Positions 1-11,800 of a DNA stretch of 64,000 nt are shown piece by piece. Below the pieces are notes generated by a model, which had not been told where the DNA came from, did not search any database, and worked only from the letters and a program-made list of their open reading frames with translations. The position numbers were made by a program, and so were the translations under genes. The number at the start of each line of letters is the position of its first letter. Position 1 is the stretch's first letter. Origin of the DNA: Trichosphaerium sp. ATCC 40318 (Eukaryota; Protista; Tubulinea); contig JALMLS010000455.1 in the NCBI GenBank assembly GCA_038496445.1, positions 930,001-994,000 of the forward strand, read 5' to 3'.

Positions 1-230
1 AGGTAGACTTGTAATGCAATGTTCCCCTCGCGTCACACATTCACGAGATAGAAAGCGATCGCTTACTAACGCGAAAAGGAACAAAACATACACTTGTACA
101 CCAATCCAACCTACAGAAACTGTAGACCATTCATGTTTCCGCGTACTTACGTGGATTTTGTTTTTCCATACATAGCAGTGATAGGATCAGTCAAATCTTG
201 CAGTTTTTAACAGATCAAGAACTAACAAGA

Positions 231-369
231 TCAGTCAAGTTAGTCAACTAGGTATTTCGTCAGTAATTGTTCGCTCTGGAAGCACTTTATTCGTGTTGAA
301 GTACAACCATTGGAGCACTTTTTACGAGAAAAATAACTGACGAAATAAGTAGCTGACTAACTTGACTGA
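231..369. repeat. Short inverted-repeat (MITE-like) element, ~38-bp imperfect arms
   Basis: tcagtcaagttagtcaactaggtatttcgtcagt (from 231) pairs with actgacgaaataagtagctgactaacttgactga (to 369); no clear target-site duplication. Confidence 0.55.
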
Positions 370-907
370 AACGTACAATATTTCCATTAGCTAAAGTTAC
401 CGCAAGAATATGTAGCAGTTAAGCCAATACTATAACATGTCCATCAAGAGATTGAAAGTCCGGTATTGAGTCTGTAAAGAGAGTGTTCTGTATTCCGATT
501 TTCTGAAACCGTCAACTCCAGTAAATCAGAAAATCACGTGACAAACAGAAATTAAAACTGGTTATTTGTTTGAGGTGCTATTAGCGGTACGTCTGTAACT
601 TTTGAACATACACATAGATTCTCAAGGGCTACTTTTATCCCTAAGCGTTGTGAACTTCCCTTTCGTTACATGCGCTCAGCGCGACTAAAACCTAATGACT
701 GATGCTCTTGTAGAGTTTTCAGCGTTACCTTTAACGAAAACCCTTTTATTACCGCGTTAGATACTTTCAAGGTACTAATGGGGTTTGTTACTACATATTA
801 ACAACAGACTCAACTTTTTTTTTGCTTGTCGCAGCATCGTTTTCTTCTTTTGCTAATTTTTTCTTTTCTTAGATTCAAAGTCGGGTTTGTAGTCTTCGTT
901 TTAAACA

Positions 908-3900
908 ATGGACAATAGTAAATGCGCTGATGATAATGACACTCTTTTGGTTTATCGTAAGTCGGGTTTTATTTGTCACGTTTGTTGCGTTACAGTTTTT
1001 ATTCATTCTTTGAACGCTAGGTAAAAAACTACTTGTCATCCTTGAAGAGGGTTGTTTTTACACAGGAACTATAAAAAGCTTATCGGGTATCAGACATGGT
1101 AAAGGTATACAAATATGGTACAAACAAGGTGTAGAATACCGACAGAAGGTTAAAATGTACATTGGCCACTATTTAGATGGTAAGATGACAGGGCGTGGAA
1201 AGTTGTATTGGGTTGATGGTAGCACATATGATGGAGACTTCTTGGATGGTAAGATGTCAGGGCATGGAGAGTTGTGCTGGCGAGATGGTAGTAAATACAT
1301 TGGTGACTTTTTAGATGGTATGAGAACAGGTAGTGGAGCGTTTTATTGGCCAGTTGAGAATAATTTTACCTTTGGTTCTTCTCGTTTAAAAAAAGCAATT
1401 GTCTCAACAGACTCTGATTTGAGGAATAAAAAATATGTTGGCAAATTTGTGGATGGCAAGAGTTCAGGCACTGGGAAGATGGTTTTCGTAAATGGAGAGA
1501 TATACGCTGGCGAGTTTTTGGATGGAAGGAGGAGAGATGGTTCTGGAGAGTATTATTGGCCGAGTGGTAAAAAATACAGTGGCAACTTTATCAATAGTGA
1601 GATGTCAGGGTTTGGAGAGTTGTGTTGGCCTAATGGCGACAAGTATATTGGCCAATTTGAGAATGGAAAGAGGAATGGTATTGGAGAGTTTTATTCAGCA
1701 AGTGGATATAAAGAAATAGGGTATTTCTCAAACAATAAGTTTCTTAAAATAGAAGAAGGCAAGATTTCTGGAACACCAAATCAAGACACGTTTGTTAAAA
1801 ACATGAACAGAATGCCATCTATTCGTATCAATTCTAAGGATAAGTCATACGAGGATATTAAAGCTGTGGTGTATGTAGAAAGGAAGTATTTCAAAAAAGT
1901 GATTGACTGGATAACTAGCAAGTGTGAAATTCATATGATTGATTCACCTTTACTAGACGGTTTCAAAATGATAAATTGTAAAGACAGTTATATGTTTATC
2001 AGCCATTCTAATTGGGGGTTTACTCAAATAGTTAGAGAGATAAAAGTACACAAAGATACACACAATTGTTTATGTGATGTGGTATTTATTTATGATCTTT
2101 CTGCATGTGATCCTGAGATGTCATTACAACAAGGTACATACCAACAACTCCCTCGTATCCTTTATATTTACAACACTGTTAGTCACAACTGTAGCACGTG
2201 AGATTCCAGAGGCACGTGTAATACCAATACACATGCACAATACAAAAAAAAATAGATCAGAATTTCAAGCTGTATACTACGCCAGCCAAAAAAAACCACC
2301 AATTGTTGCTGCTGCAATTAGTCACAAAGAACATGAATACATGAAGCAACTGAAAGCAAAATTGTTGGTTGTAGGACATGGAGGATCAGGCATGCTAATA
2401 CAATATGAGTTCCTTTACATTAACACAAATATTAGGAAAGACAACTTTAGTAAGGAAATTGTCAGGCGAAAAAGATGGAAGTGTTGATTCAACAGTTGGC
2501 TTTGATACCTCTTCTCTTTTGTGTGTTTGTTTGATATTCTATATGATGTTATACTTACATACATATTAGATATGGTGATTTATCATTCACTGTTTTAGAC
2601 TTTGCTGGACAGATGGAATACAAAGGACTTCACAAGTATTTTTTTGCAAAACAACTTGCCATTTACGTCATTGTTGTAAGATCCTAAAAACCACGTGTTC
2701 AAACCTTTCTCAATATTTATTTTAGATTGACTTATCACTATCAATTGTAGAACAAAAGAAGAACCTTAAGCACTGGGTTCATACCCTTAGCAAGGTTCTG
2801 TATGGACAAGATGCAACATTCTACTCAGTCATTGTTTTTGGATCCAAGTTGGACATCTGTTCAGGAGACTTAGAAGCCAATAAAAAAGTGCTTTACTCCT
2901 TCAATCAGATGAAATCATCAGTGTACCTTGTGTTTTGTTTAGACGGTACTCTTTATTCAAGATTATAAGTTCGTATACTAACGTTCAAAAGGTGTCCCTG
3001 ATCTTGAAAAGCAATTGAAGCGTCAAGCAAAATACATGAAGTCACAATACCCAAAAGTACCAACTCTCTATGATAGAGTACAAAAAGCATTAAAGAAAGC
3101 AGTTGTGAAAAAAGATAGATTGAAGGGTAACATCATATCCATGTACGTTGAAGTATCATACAGACACACTGAATAACATTTTGATAGTGAACAAGTCATC
3201 AAACTATTACCTGAAACTTGTAAAATGGCTCCAATTGAGTTGGTTGCTTCGTTAAATTACCTTCACTCTATTGGTAGTATTATGTTTGATGAGGTACTGC
3301 TGCTTGCCTACAACCTTTTTTATACACTTGAGAATTTGATTTAATTATCCTCTAGTCATCATACATGTTGTGTTTAGACCCTCCCATTCTATCTCGTATT
3401 ATGAGTGTCTTTGTTGCTCCTACAGAACACCTGAACAGACTATTGAATGACAATTCTCGGAATCACTGTGCTGTATTCACTTATGCAGAGGCCCATTATC
3501 GCATCTCAAAAGTATTCAAAAAGTGTACAATGGTTGAAGTGAAGCAAGTGATGAGATTCTTGGTTGAACTGTCATTTTGTGTTCGCTTGACAAAAGAAGA
3601 AAAGGTAACACTTTTGTAGTTGGTACATTATTTACTTATTGGTTAGAAAGTGTATGGCTCAGATGGATATATCATAATTTCATTATTGCCAAAAGCTGAT
3701 ATGTTGTACTTTCCACCCATGACAGAAAAGGAGTTCAGTATTGATTTAGTTAAACGCAGAAATGAGGAATTATCCATATTTTCTGACGTGTTTTACTTGA
3801 GCAAGTTACCAACAAAGTGGAGGTTACTATCATTCATACCTACAAAAGACAATAGGTTTGTAACAAATACAATTAAAACAATCAAGAAAAATTCAAAGAC

Positions 3901-6261
3901 TCAAACAATAGTACGTTTATGTGTTCATTCTCGTTTTGTTCCGCAGTATTGTTATGTTCTTTTTTAATTTGCATAGTCACTTCCTGCTACATATGAGCAC
4001 ATATCAACCGTTTCAAAGTTCTTGGCTTATCAGTTTGCTTCTTTAGAGATATCAACAGATGTGTTTAATAACTTGCAAACAAGATTAAGAGGTAACCGAA
4101 ACAATGTTGTATTTATGCTTACAAAATATCTAGAGTTCCACAACAAAGAGTACCGCCTCTTTTCAAATCTGATTGTATTGAATGATTTTTATGGTAACAC
4201 AATTGTGATGTACTATAATAACCATGCGGTAAACATTGTGATCAGAGGCAAGGTGCCATGGTTATGGAAGGTACGATAGCAGCATGGCGTTTAAGTATTG
4301 AAAACATTCACATAAGTTTAGAAATGTATTGGATCATACTTAGAACTGTTGGAAGGTAACCAAGTTCAACTATGCCCTGCAAGCATTCAAAGCGGTCATA
4401 TTGTTGTTGCTGCAAAACCTCCATATAAGTTTGAACAAACAGGTAACCCCCATATGAACTTGCCTACGCCACCAACTATTTATAGGAGACATCATCACTT
4501 TGTGTCATTTGAAAGAAGGTTTTCCTGTACTGTCAAAAAGCCAAAATAGCTTTTGGAGCAGTCTCCACGGTGAACAATTCTTAACACAAGGTGATTGGAA
4601 AGAAGACATGAACAGGTATCCGGGTTTGAGATGGACTTCTCTCACAAGCAATGAAACAACAAAAGTATGTGTAACACTTTTTCTAACTTGGTATTCATCT
4701 TTGATGACTGATCTAAAAAGGAGCGTTGTGATGAGTACTTGAGAGCTCGCAATATGTTCTACAAGTTTATGGGTACTGAAAGTGAGTCGTTCTTTAAACT
4801 TGAAAAGATTGTATTCTTTGACAATCGAACACTTGAAGCTGCATTCCAAGAAAAATATAATGATCTCATATCCAAAGTACTTCACAAAAAAAACTCAAGT
4901 GAGTCATGTGTACAAAATAGTCACCGTTCATACTAACGGTGATTTAGATTCACACAATGTCAGCATAGATAAAAATAAAATTGAAGCACAAGAACGTACA
5001 ATGAACCATTTGAAAAACTACACTCTTCGTGTTTCTGGTAATGAGCAAATCAATCTCATTGGTGGGTTTCATGGTACAACACAGGTACTGTTCTCATAAC
5101 AACTTGGATATTTATACATTCACAGGCCATCAGTTTCTCAATTGCGACCAACAACTTCAGAGAGCCGACAATGTCAGAAGACAAGAAAGACGAAGGATTC
5201 TTTGGTACTACATTTAAAAACCTTACCTTTCAAGACCATATCTAATAATTTAACAAAGGGAATGGTATCTACTTTACACAATACCCTGATTACGGTACTT
5301 GTCTATAATGTCATGTATATTGGAGTTAATAGAGCTGTTGTAGGAAAGGTATATGCTGAGTGGGAAAAGACAGATACTCCTTGTATGTTGATATCATGGG
5401 TGATGATGGGAAAACCCTATCCAGCTACTGAGGATCCAAACTTTGATGATCCAAACAGCCTGTATGGAAAAGGGTGCAAGGTAATCCATTGAAATTACCC
5501 ATTAGTTATGGTGTAACAATGTAAAAATAGGATGGATACGATTCGCACTATGCTATTGTTAAAAAAAAAACAAGTGCTCGCAATTGCTATCCTTGTAAAA
5601 AACATGAAAAACCAGACTTTGATGAAATTGTTGTATTCTCCAACAAACAAGTATGAACCTCACATTCTTGTTAATAACCCTTTTGGTTTCTTCTAACTAT
5701 TTATTTTAACAGATTCTTCCGAGATACCTTGTTTATTATCAAAGCACAAACACTATCAATCAATCACAGTTTAACATCAAGTACAGAGATGCAAAGTGTC
5801 TCATCTTATGGGTTGATGATAACTTATCTATTGAGAACAAAGAGATTGTGAAGCTATTAAAAGCTCGGCCAAAGAAAACTGAGGTACTTAACAGATATCA
5901 GGTGTTGCAGAGTTACTAACAACAATCTACAAGGTTATGGAAATGATGTCATCCTCAGAGGTTTTGGGATGGCTTCAAAAGTTTAAAGGATATTGTAACA
6001 ACAGGTTACGTATTATAACAAACAGGTACCGTAAAGGTGATGGAGATGAGAATGCAGCAGAGCACTTGGTGAAAAGTATAATTAAGCAAAATAAGAAATG
6101 GAGTAAAATACCTATTCTTGTGTTTTGTGGTATGTGTTTACATCAATCGTAACATACTCATCCTGTTGATTTTAGGAGATAAATCAAATGTCAAGTACCT
6201 CAAAAAGAAATACAAGAATGTTTCAGTCACAAACAGTCCTGCAGATGTATTAGCATTGTAA
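908..6261 (+). CDS. MORN-Roc-COR-PARP-pseudoreceiver Roco protein, copy 1 (multi-exon; divergent N-terminus)
   Basis: ATG 908, intron 957-1020, then MORN units. Roc motifs GHGGSG|KTT, DFAGQMEY, GSKLD. COR-like LNYLHSIGSI..LCLDPPILSRIM..YIIISLLP. PARP motifs FHGT, FGNGIYFT, DGYDSH, DEIVVF..QILPRYLVYY. Receiver-like ILWVDD..IITN..IPILVFC. TAA 6259-6261. Confidence 0.88.
1155..1745 (+). repeat. MORN repeat array of copy 1 (8 units including terminal half-unit, divergent, one insertion)
   Basis: 23-aa units YxGxFxDGKxxGxGxxxWxxG in ORF 1155..2201. Confidence 0.9.
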
Positions 6262-6389
6262 ACATGTGCGTTCATCATCTTTTATAACCTTGATTTCAGA
6301 TAGCCGCTAATGATGAAACTACAGAGGAAGCGCAAAAGATAGAATTTTATTTAAATAAAACATTTGGTAAATTCATACTCCTTGCACGT

Positions 6390-6630
6390 GCAATGTACCT
6401 TTCCGTTTTTATAATAATATTCGTACCTTACCTGTTCGTAGTAGTTCCACTCTTTAAATATGCCTTCCGTTTACACTTTTATAAGTTCGTAACATATGCC
6501 ATTCCCATGCCATTCTGTTGATTCTCCAACCAGTAGTCCATCTTCATAATAATGTTGTTCCTTCACATTTCCTATCTTGTAACGTTTTCCTTTTTAAAGA
6601 CTTCACGATGTGATTGATCATTACCATGAC
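6390..6630 (-). pseudogene. Decayed MORN-variant (MORN_2/YwqK-like) repeat fragment
   Basis: Minus strand gives YKIGNVKEQHYYEDGLLVGESTEWHGNG and EGIFKEWNYYEQVRYEYYKNGK in different frames with stops. Confidence 0.55.
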
Positions 6631-7363
6631 CTTTTTAAGGACGTAACAAAGTAATATTTGTCACACGCTACATGACCACAAACGCACTTTTAAGTGACAT
6701 AATTAGATAGTGCTAGCTTCGTTGTACGAAGCTGTCTACTGGATAGTAGATACTCGCAGCTTGTATACCATTGTGCTTTTGTAGTCACATGCCACCAAAC
6801 AAGACAACTTCCGTGCCACTGTCAGAGAAATGGTAGCACTAAGTCGTAAGGGTTTGTCGTGTTTTGTCATTGCGCTCGGATTCCCCCAACCTGGTATTGT
6901 AGATCAACAAGAACGCTTGAATCTAACAACGTTATTGGACATGCCTATTGAGACTATGTGAATAAATAATTTTGGTTAACTGTGGTTTGGGTTTTTTAAA
7001 AATAGTATTCCACGTGGGTTTGATATGATTGGCTCATATCGCGTGGGTTGAAACGGTTGGATTAGGTTTTTCCGCTAGACAAACGTGGGTTTGAGAAGGG
7101 ATTCATAACTTTTTCGCTTGACGCCTGCTCAGCAGATCACTTTGAAAAAAAAGTAAGCATGTTCTGCCAGAAGTGTCAAATGCGTCAGATATGACAGACC
7201 TTTGCAGAAACTGGATTTTTTTGCTGACTGGCGAAAGGTGAAATAAACCAATGTGTCTTTTGTTGGCACATGATATTTTGCTACAAAACCAAAACAGCGC
7301 GTATCATTCATTTAAGTCTCAGTTTGTTACCAAATACTCCACTGGTACGTAGATTAAAGCAAC

Positions 7364-8192
7364 TAGAGATGCTGTGATTAGAGCAACTTTTGTTAAGCAG
7401 TTCCCATTCATAGAAAAATTCAATACACTAAGCCATCTGCTTGTACATCAAAAACAGTGTTATATCTTGTAGCTACATGGTTGTAGGTGTTATGCCAGAA
7501 GTTTGGTGCCAGATGCCAAAATATGTTTGTAGACGTACATTTGTAACAACAATGCCGTAAAACTGTTCCAGTAATATGTTAATTGCAAAAAAAGTGACAG
7601 TTGTAATGTCAGCGTAATTGATTGCTTTTGAAGATTTTCCAATTATTACGACAAATCAAGCAACGGCAGCTAAATATAGCTGAAAGGATATAATCTTATG
7701 TGATCTGTGAAATGGTACTTTTAGGCAGCCGTTGGTTCAATTGTCTTGAAATAGTAGAGTTTTTTCATTAAACACTCACAAAAATCCGTGTAAGTACCTA
7801 AAAACAAGTATCTGCGCGTAGGGTAGTACATACATACAATATTTGTATGCTAAAGCTAAAATAAACTTGTGACGCTATTGTAAGCCTTGGTTTTTAAATT
7901 ACAAGTACTGTGATCTTTTGTGCAATAGATGTCTTAATTTCAAGGCTGTGTATAGGCGTCAAACAGAGAAAAATGATTAAATATGGAACATAAAAACAAT
8001 TTTCAGTGATTCTGCGCTACACAATGTTTAATTTTTCTTAATGTTACAACTCCACAAACAACAAAAAGAAAGATCACAATAGATTTAGCACCTGTATTAG
8101 CGTCTATGTAGAGAAGGAACTGCTTAACAAAAGTTGCTCTAGATATCTACTTTTTAGGATCAATAAAAAACTAGATAATCACAACATCTCTA
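7364..8192. mobile_element. Putative non-autonomous TIR element upstream of copy 2
   Basis: Ends TAGAGATG...CATCTCTA; inverted match of tagagatgctgtgatta and gagcaacttttgttaagcagttcc with 8117-8192; the equivalent upstream site of copy 3 (~33015-33050) lacks the insert. Confidence 0.55.
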
Positions 8193-8224
8193 TTGAGCTC
8201 TTATTCTAAACAAACCGCAAAGAA

Positions 8225-8805
8225 AAACTAAATGTATTTAAAAACTCCAAACTGAAGCCTATTTCCGAACTCGAGCGAACAATCGCTTCATAATAAATGC
8301 CCTACGCGCCAGTTCACTAAATTACTACAGTACCGGATGGTAAACCGTTTTGTTCTCGAACAGAACGTCAACTTTAGTAAACTAATCACGTGATTACAAT
8401 AGCAAACACGTTTTGTTTGAGCCTTATTCAGGTACGCTTTAAACGTGAATCTTCGTCTTGGGTTTTGCTTGGTTTAGTTTTTTAGAACTCTGTCGCCTTC
8501 ACTTCTAGTTAAGAGCGGCGATGCAAACTCTCCTGACGCTCTGTAGGGGTTTGGCGTATATCCTCACACAACCAACTGCTAACACACATACAAGCGTTAA
8601 ATACATCGTTTTACAAGGTACAGGTTACGGCTATCGTTTAAAATGACTTTTTTCTTTTTTGTAAACTATCACGTGCACAATTCTTTAGCGAATTTGTTTT
8701 TTTTCGTTTTTTTCTAGCGGAAAATAAAAAACTTTTTCGTTTCTAATTAGTGAACTACAAAGTACGGTTAGTAGGGTTTGCGTTGTTTGCAGTTGATCAT
8801 AAATA
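8225..8805 (+). promoter_or_regulatory. Upstream region shared by copies 2, 3 (32380-33015, minus) and 4 (51650-52200)
   Basis: Shared blocks such as aactcgagcgaacaatcgct, ttagtaaac(a/t)aatcacgtgatta, cctgacgctctgtaggg and cagttgatcataaa; promoter function is inferred from position. Confidence 0.6.
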
Positions 8806-11800
8806 ATGGACAAAAGTAAATCCGCGCGTGGTGCTTTTTTGGTTTTTAGTAAGTTGTTTTTTTGAAGTTGCTAGAGAATGGTTTTTATGCTTACCAAATA
8901 CGTAGGGTATGGAAATGGTAACAAATACGTCGGTGACTTTGTGGATGGCAAGTTAACAGGAAAAGGAAAGTTTTATTGGCCAAGTGGTGCCAAATACAAC
9001 GGTGACTTTTTGGATGATAAGAAAACAGGAAAAGGAGAGTATCATTCGCCAAGTGGTGCCAAATACAGCGGTGACTTTGTGGATGACAAGAGAACAGGAA
9101 AAGGAGAGTATTATTGGCCAGATCATACCAAATACATTGGTGACTTTGTGGATGGCAACAGAACAGGAAAAGGAGAGATTTGTTGGCCAAATGATAAGAA
9201 ATACATCGGTGACTTTGTGGATGGCAAGAGAACAGGAAAGGGAGAGTATTATTGGCCAGATGGTACCAAATACGTCGGTGACTTTGTAGATGGCAAGAGA
9301 ACAGGAAAAGGACAGTTTTATTGGCCAGAACGTAAGAAACACATTGGTGACTTTGTGGATGGTAAGAAAACAGGAAAAGGACAGAAAAATTCACCAAGTG
9401 GTACCAAATACATCGGTGACTTTTTGGATGGCAAGTTAACAGGAAAAGGAGAATATTATTGGTCAGATGGTACCATATACATTGGTGACTTTATGGATGG
9501 CAAGAGAACAGGAAAAGGAGAGTATTATTGGCCAAGTGGTAACAAATACATCGGTGACTTTGTGGATGACAAGATAACAGGAAAAGGAGAATATTATTGG
9601 GCAGATAATACTAAATACATCGGTGACTTTGCGGATGGCGAGAGAACAGGAAAAGGAGAGTATTATTCACTAGATGGTACCAAATACATCGGTGACTTTG
9701 TGGATAGCAAGAGAACAGGAAAGGGAGAGTATTATTCACCAAGGGGTACCAAATACGTTGGTGACTTTGTGGATGGCAAAAAAGCAGGAAAGGGAGAGTT
9801 TTATTGGCCAAGTGGTACCAAATACATTGGTGACTTTGTGGATGATAAGAGAACAGGAAAAGGAGAGTATTATTGGCCATATGGTAAAAAACAAATTGGT
9901 GACTTTGTAGATGGTAAGTTTCTTAATCCGGCAGATACCAAGATTTCTGGAGAACCCAATCAACACACCTTTTTAAAAATGGCAATAATTTGCACCAAAA
10001 GTACACTCACAGACTTTGAAGATGTGTATGTATTTTCAGAAGATATGGAGTATTTCAAGAAGCTGAATGACTGGTTTGTAGCTTCCACATTTATTACTTT
10101 ATCTCCAAATAACAGTTTCAAAATATCATGTCAAAAATCTTTAATTTTTGAGATCCTTTCAAAAGAGACATTCACTCGAGTTGTTGAACAGGTAAGACAA
10201 CACAAAGATGAAAACAATTGTGTCTGTGATGTGGTATTTGTTTATGATCTTTGTTTACATGACCCTGAGATATCATTACATCAAGGTACATACCAACAAG
10301 TATTCTCATATTTAACTGTGTACTCACATTAATACCTTAGTTACAACTGTAGCACGTGAGATTCCAGGGGCACGTGTGATACCAATAAAGATAAACAACA
10401 TTACAAAAAAACAATTTCAAGGTGAATATTACAAAATGTTGTCCCCTCAAAAAAAGCCATCAACTATTGCTTCTGGTATGGATCACACAGAATATGAATA
10501 CATGAAGCAACTGAAAGCAAAATTGTTGGTTGTGGGTCATGGAGGATCAGGTATGCTCAATACAATATGAGTTTCTTTACATTGACGTAAATATTAGGAA
10601 AGACAACTTTAGTAAGGAAATTGTCAGGCGAAAAAGATGAGAATGTTGATTCAACAGTTGGCTTTGATACCTCTTCTCTATTGTGCGTTTGTTTGATAAT
10701 AATATATTTAGATGTTATACTTATATACATATTAGATATGGTGATTTATCATTCACTGTTTTAGACTTTGCTGGACAGATAGAATACAAAGGACTTCACA
10801 AGTATTTTTTCGCTAAACAACTTGCCATTTACATCATTGTTGTAAGACCATGTGTGCAAACATTTTTTTATCAATATTTATTTTAGATCGACTTATCACT
10901 ATCAATTGTGGAACAAAAGAAGCACCTTAAGCACTGGGTTCATACCCTTAGTAAGTTTTTGCGTGGACAAGATGCAACATTCTACTCAGTGATAGTATAT
11001 GGATCCAAGTTGGATATTCATTCAGGAGACTTAGAAGCCAATAAAAAAGTGCTATACTCCTTCAATCAGATGAAATCGTCAGTGTACCTTGTGTTTTGCT
11101 TAGGCGGTACTTGTTTTATTTTAAACTAAGTAAGTCTCCTAATGTTGTTTCAAAAGGTATCTCTGGTCTTGAGAAGCAATTGAAGCGTCAAGCAAAATAC
11201 ATGAAGTCACAATACCCAAAAGTACCAACTCTCTATGACAAAGTACAAAAAGCATTAAAGAAAGCAGTTGCGAAAAAAGATAGATTGAAGGGTAACATCA
11301 TATCAATGTACGTTGAGTATCATCAGACACAGATGAATAACATTTTGATAGTGAACAAGTCATCAAACTATTACCTGAAACTTGTAAAATGGCTCCAATT
11401 GAGTTGGTTGCCTCGTTAAATTACCTTCACTCTATTGGTAGCATTATGTTTGATGAGGTACTGCAACCTTTTCTACGAGCTTGAATTTGATTTAATTATC
11501 CTCTAGTCATCATACATGTTGTGTTTAGACCCTCCCATTCTATCTCGTATTATGAGTGTCTTTGTTGCTCCTACAGAACACCTGAACAGACTATTGAATG
11601 ACAATTCTCGAAATCACTGTGCTGTATTCACTTATGCAGAGGCCCATTATCGCATCTCAAAAGTATTCAAAAAGTGTACAATGGTTGAAGTGAAGCAAGT
11701 GATGAGATTCTTGGTTGAACTGTCATTTTGTGTTCGCTTGACAATAGAAGAAAAGGTAACACTTCATAACACGTTTTTATTGGTACATTGTTTAGTTATG

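Noticed and set aside
2074-6152. Many short ORFs suggesting an operon or frameshifted pseudogene
   Set aside because: Breaks coincide with short GT/GC-AG introns conserved in position across four copies; splicing restores one frame.
8922-9920. CRISPR-like array (regular repeats with variable intervals)
   Set aside because: Period is 69 nt (23 codons) in an open frame encoding MORN units; intervening parts are homologous, not unique spacers; eukaryotic context and no cas genes.
8891-9966. Antisense and alternative-frame ORFs with repeats such as CHPQSHRCIWYHLANN (also near 31.6-32.2 kb and 52.3-53.2 kb)
   Set aside because: Shadows of the MORN tandem repeat.
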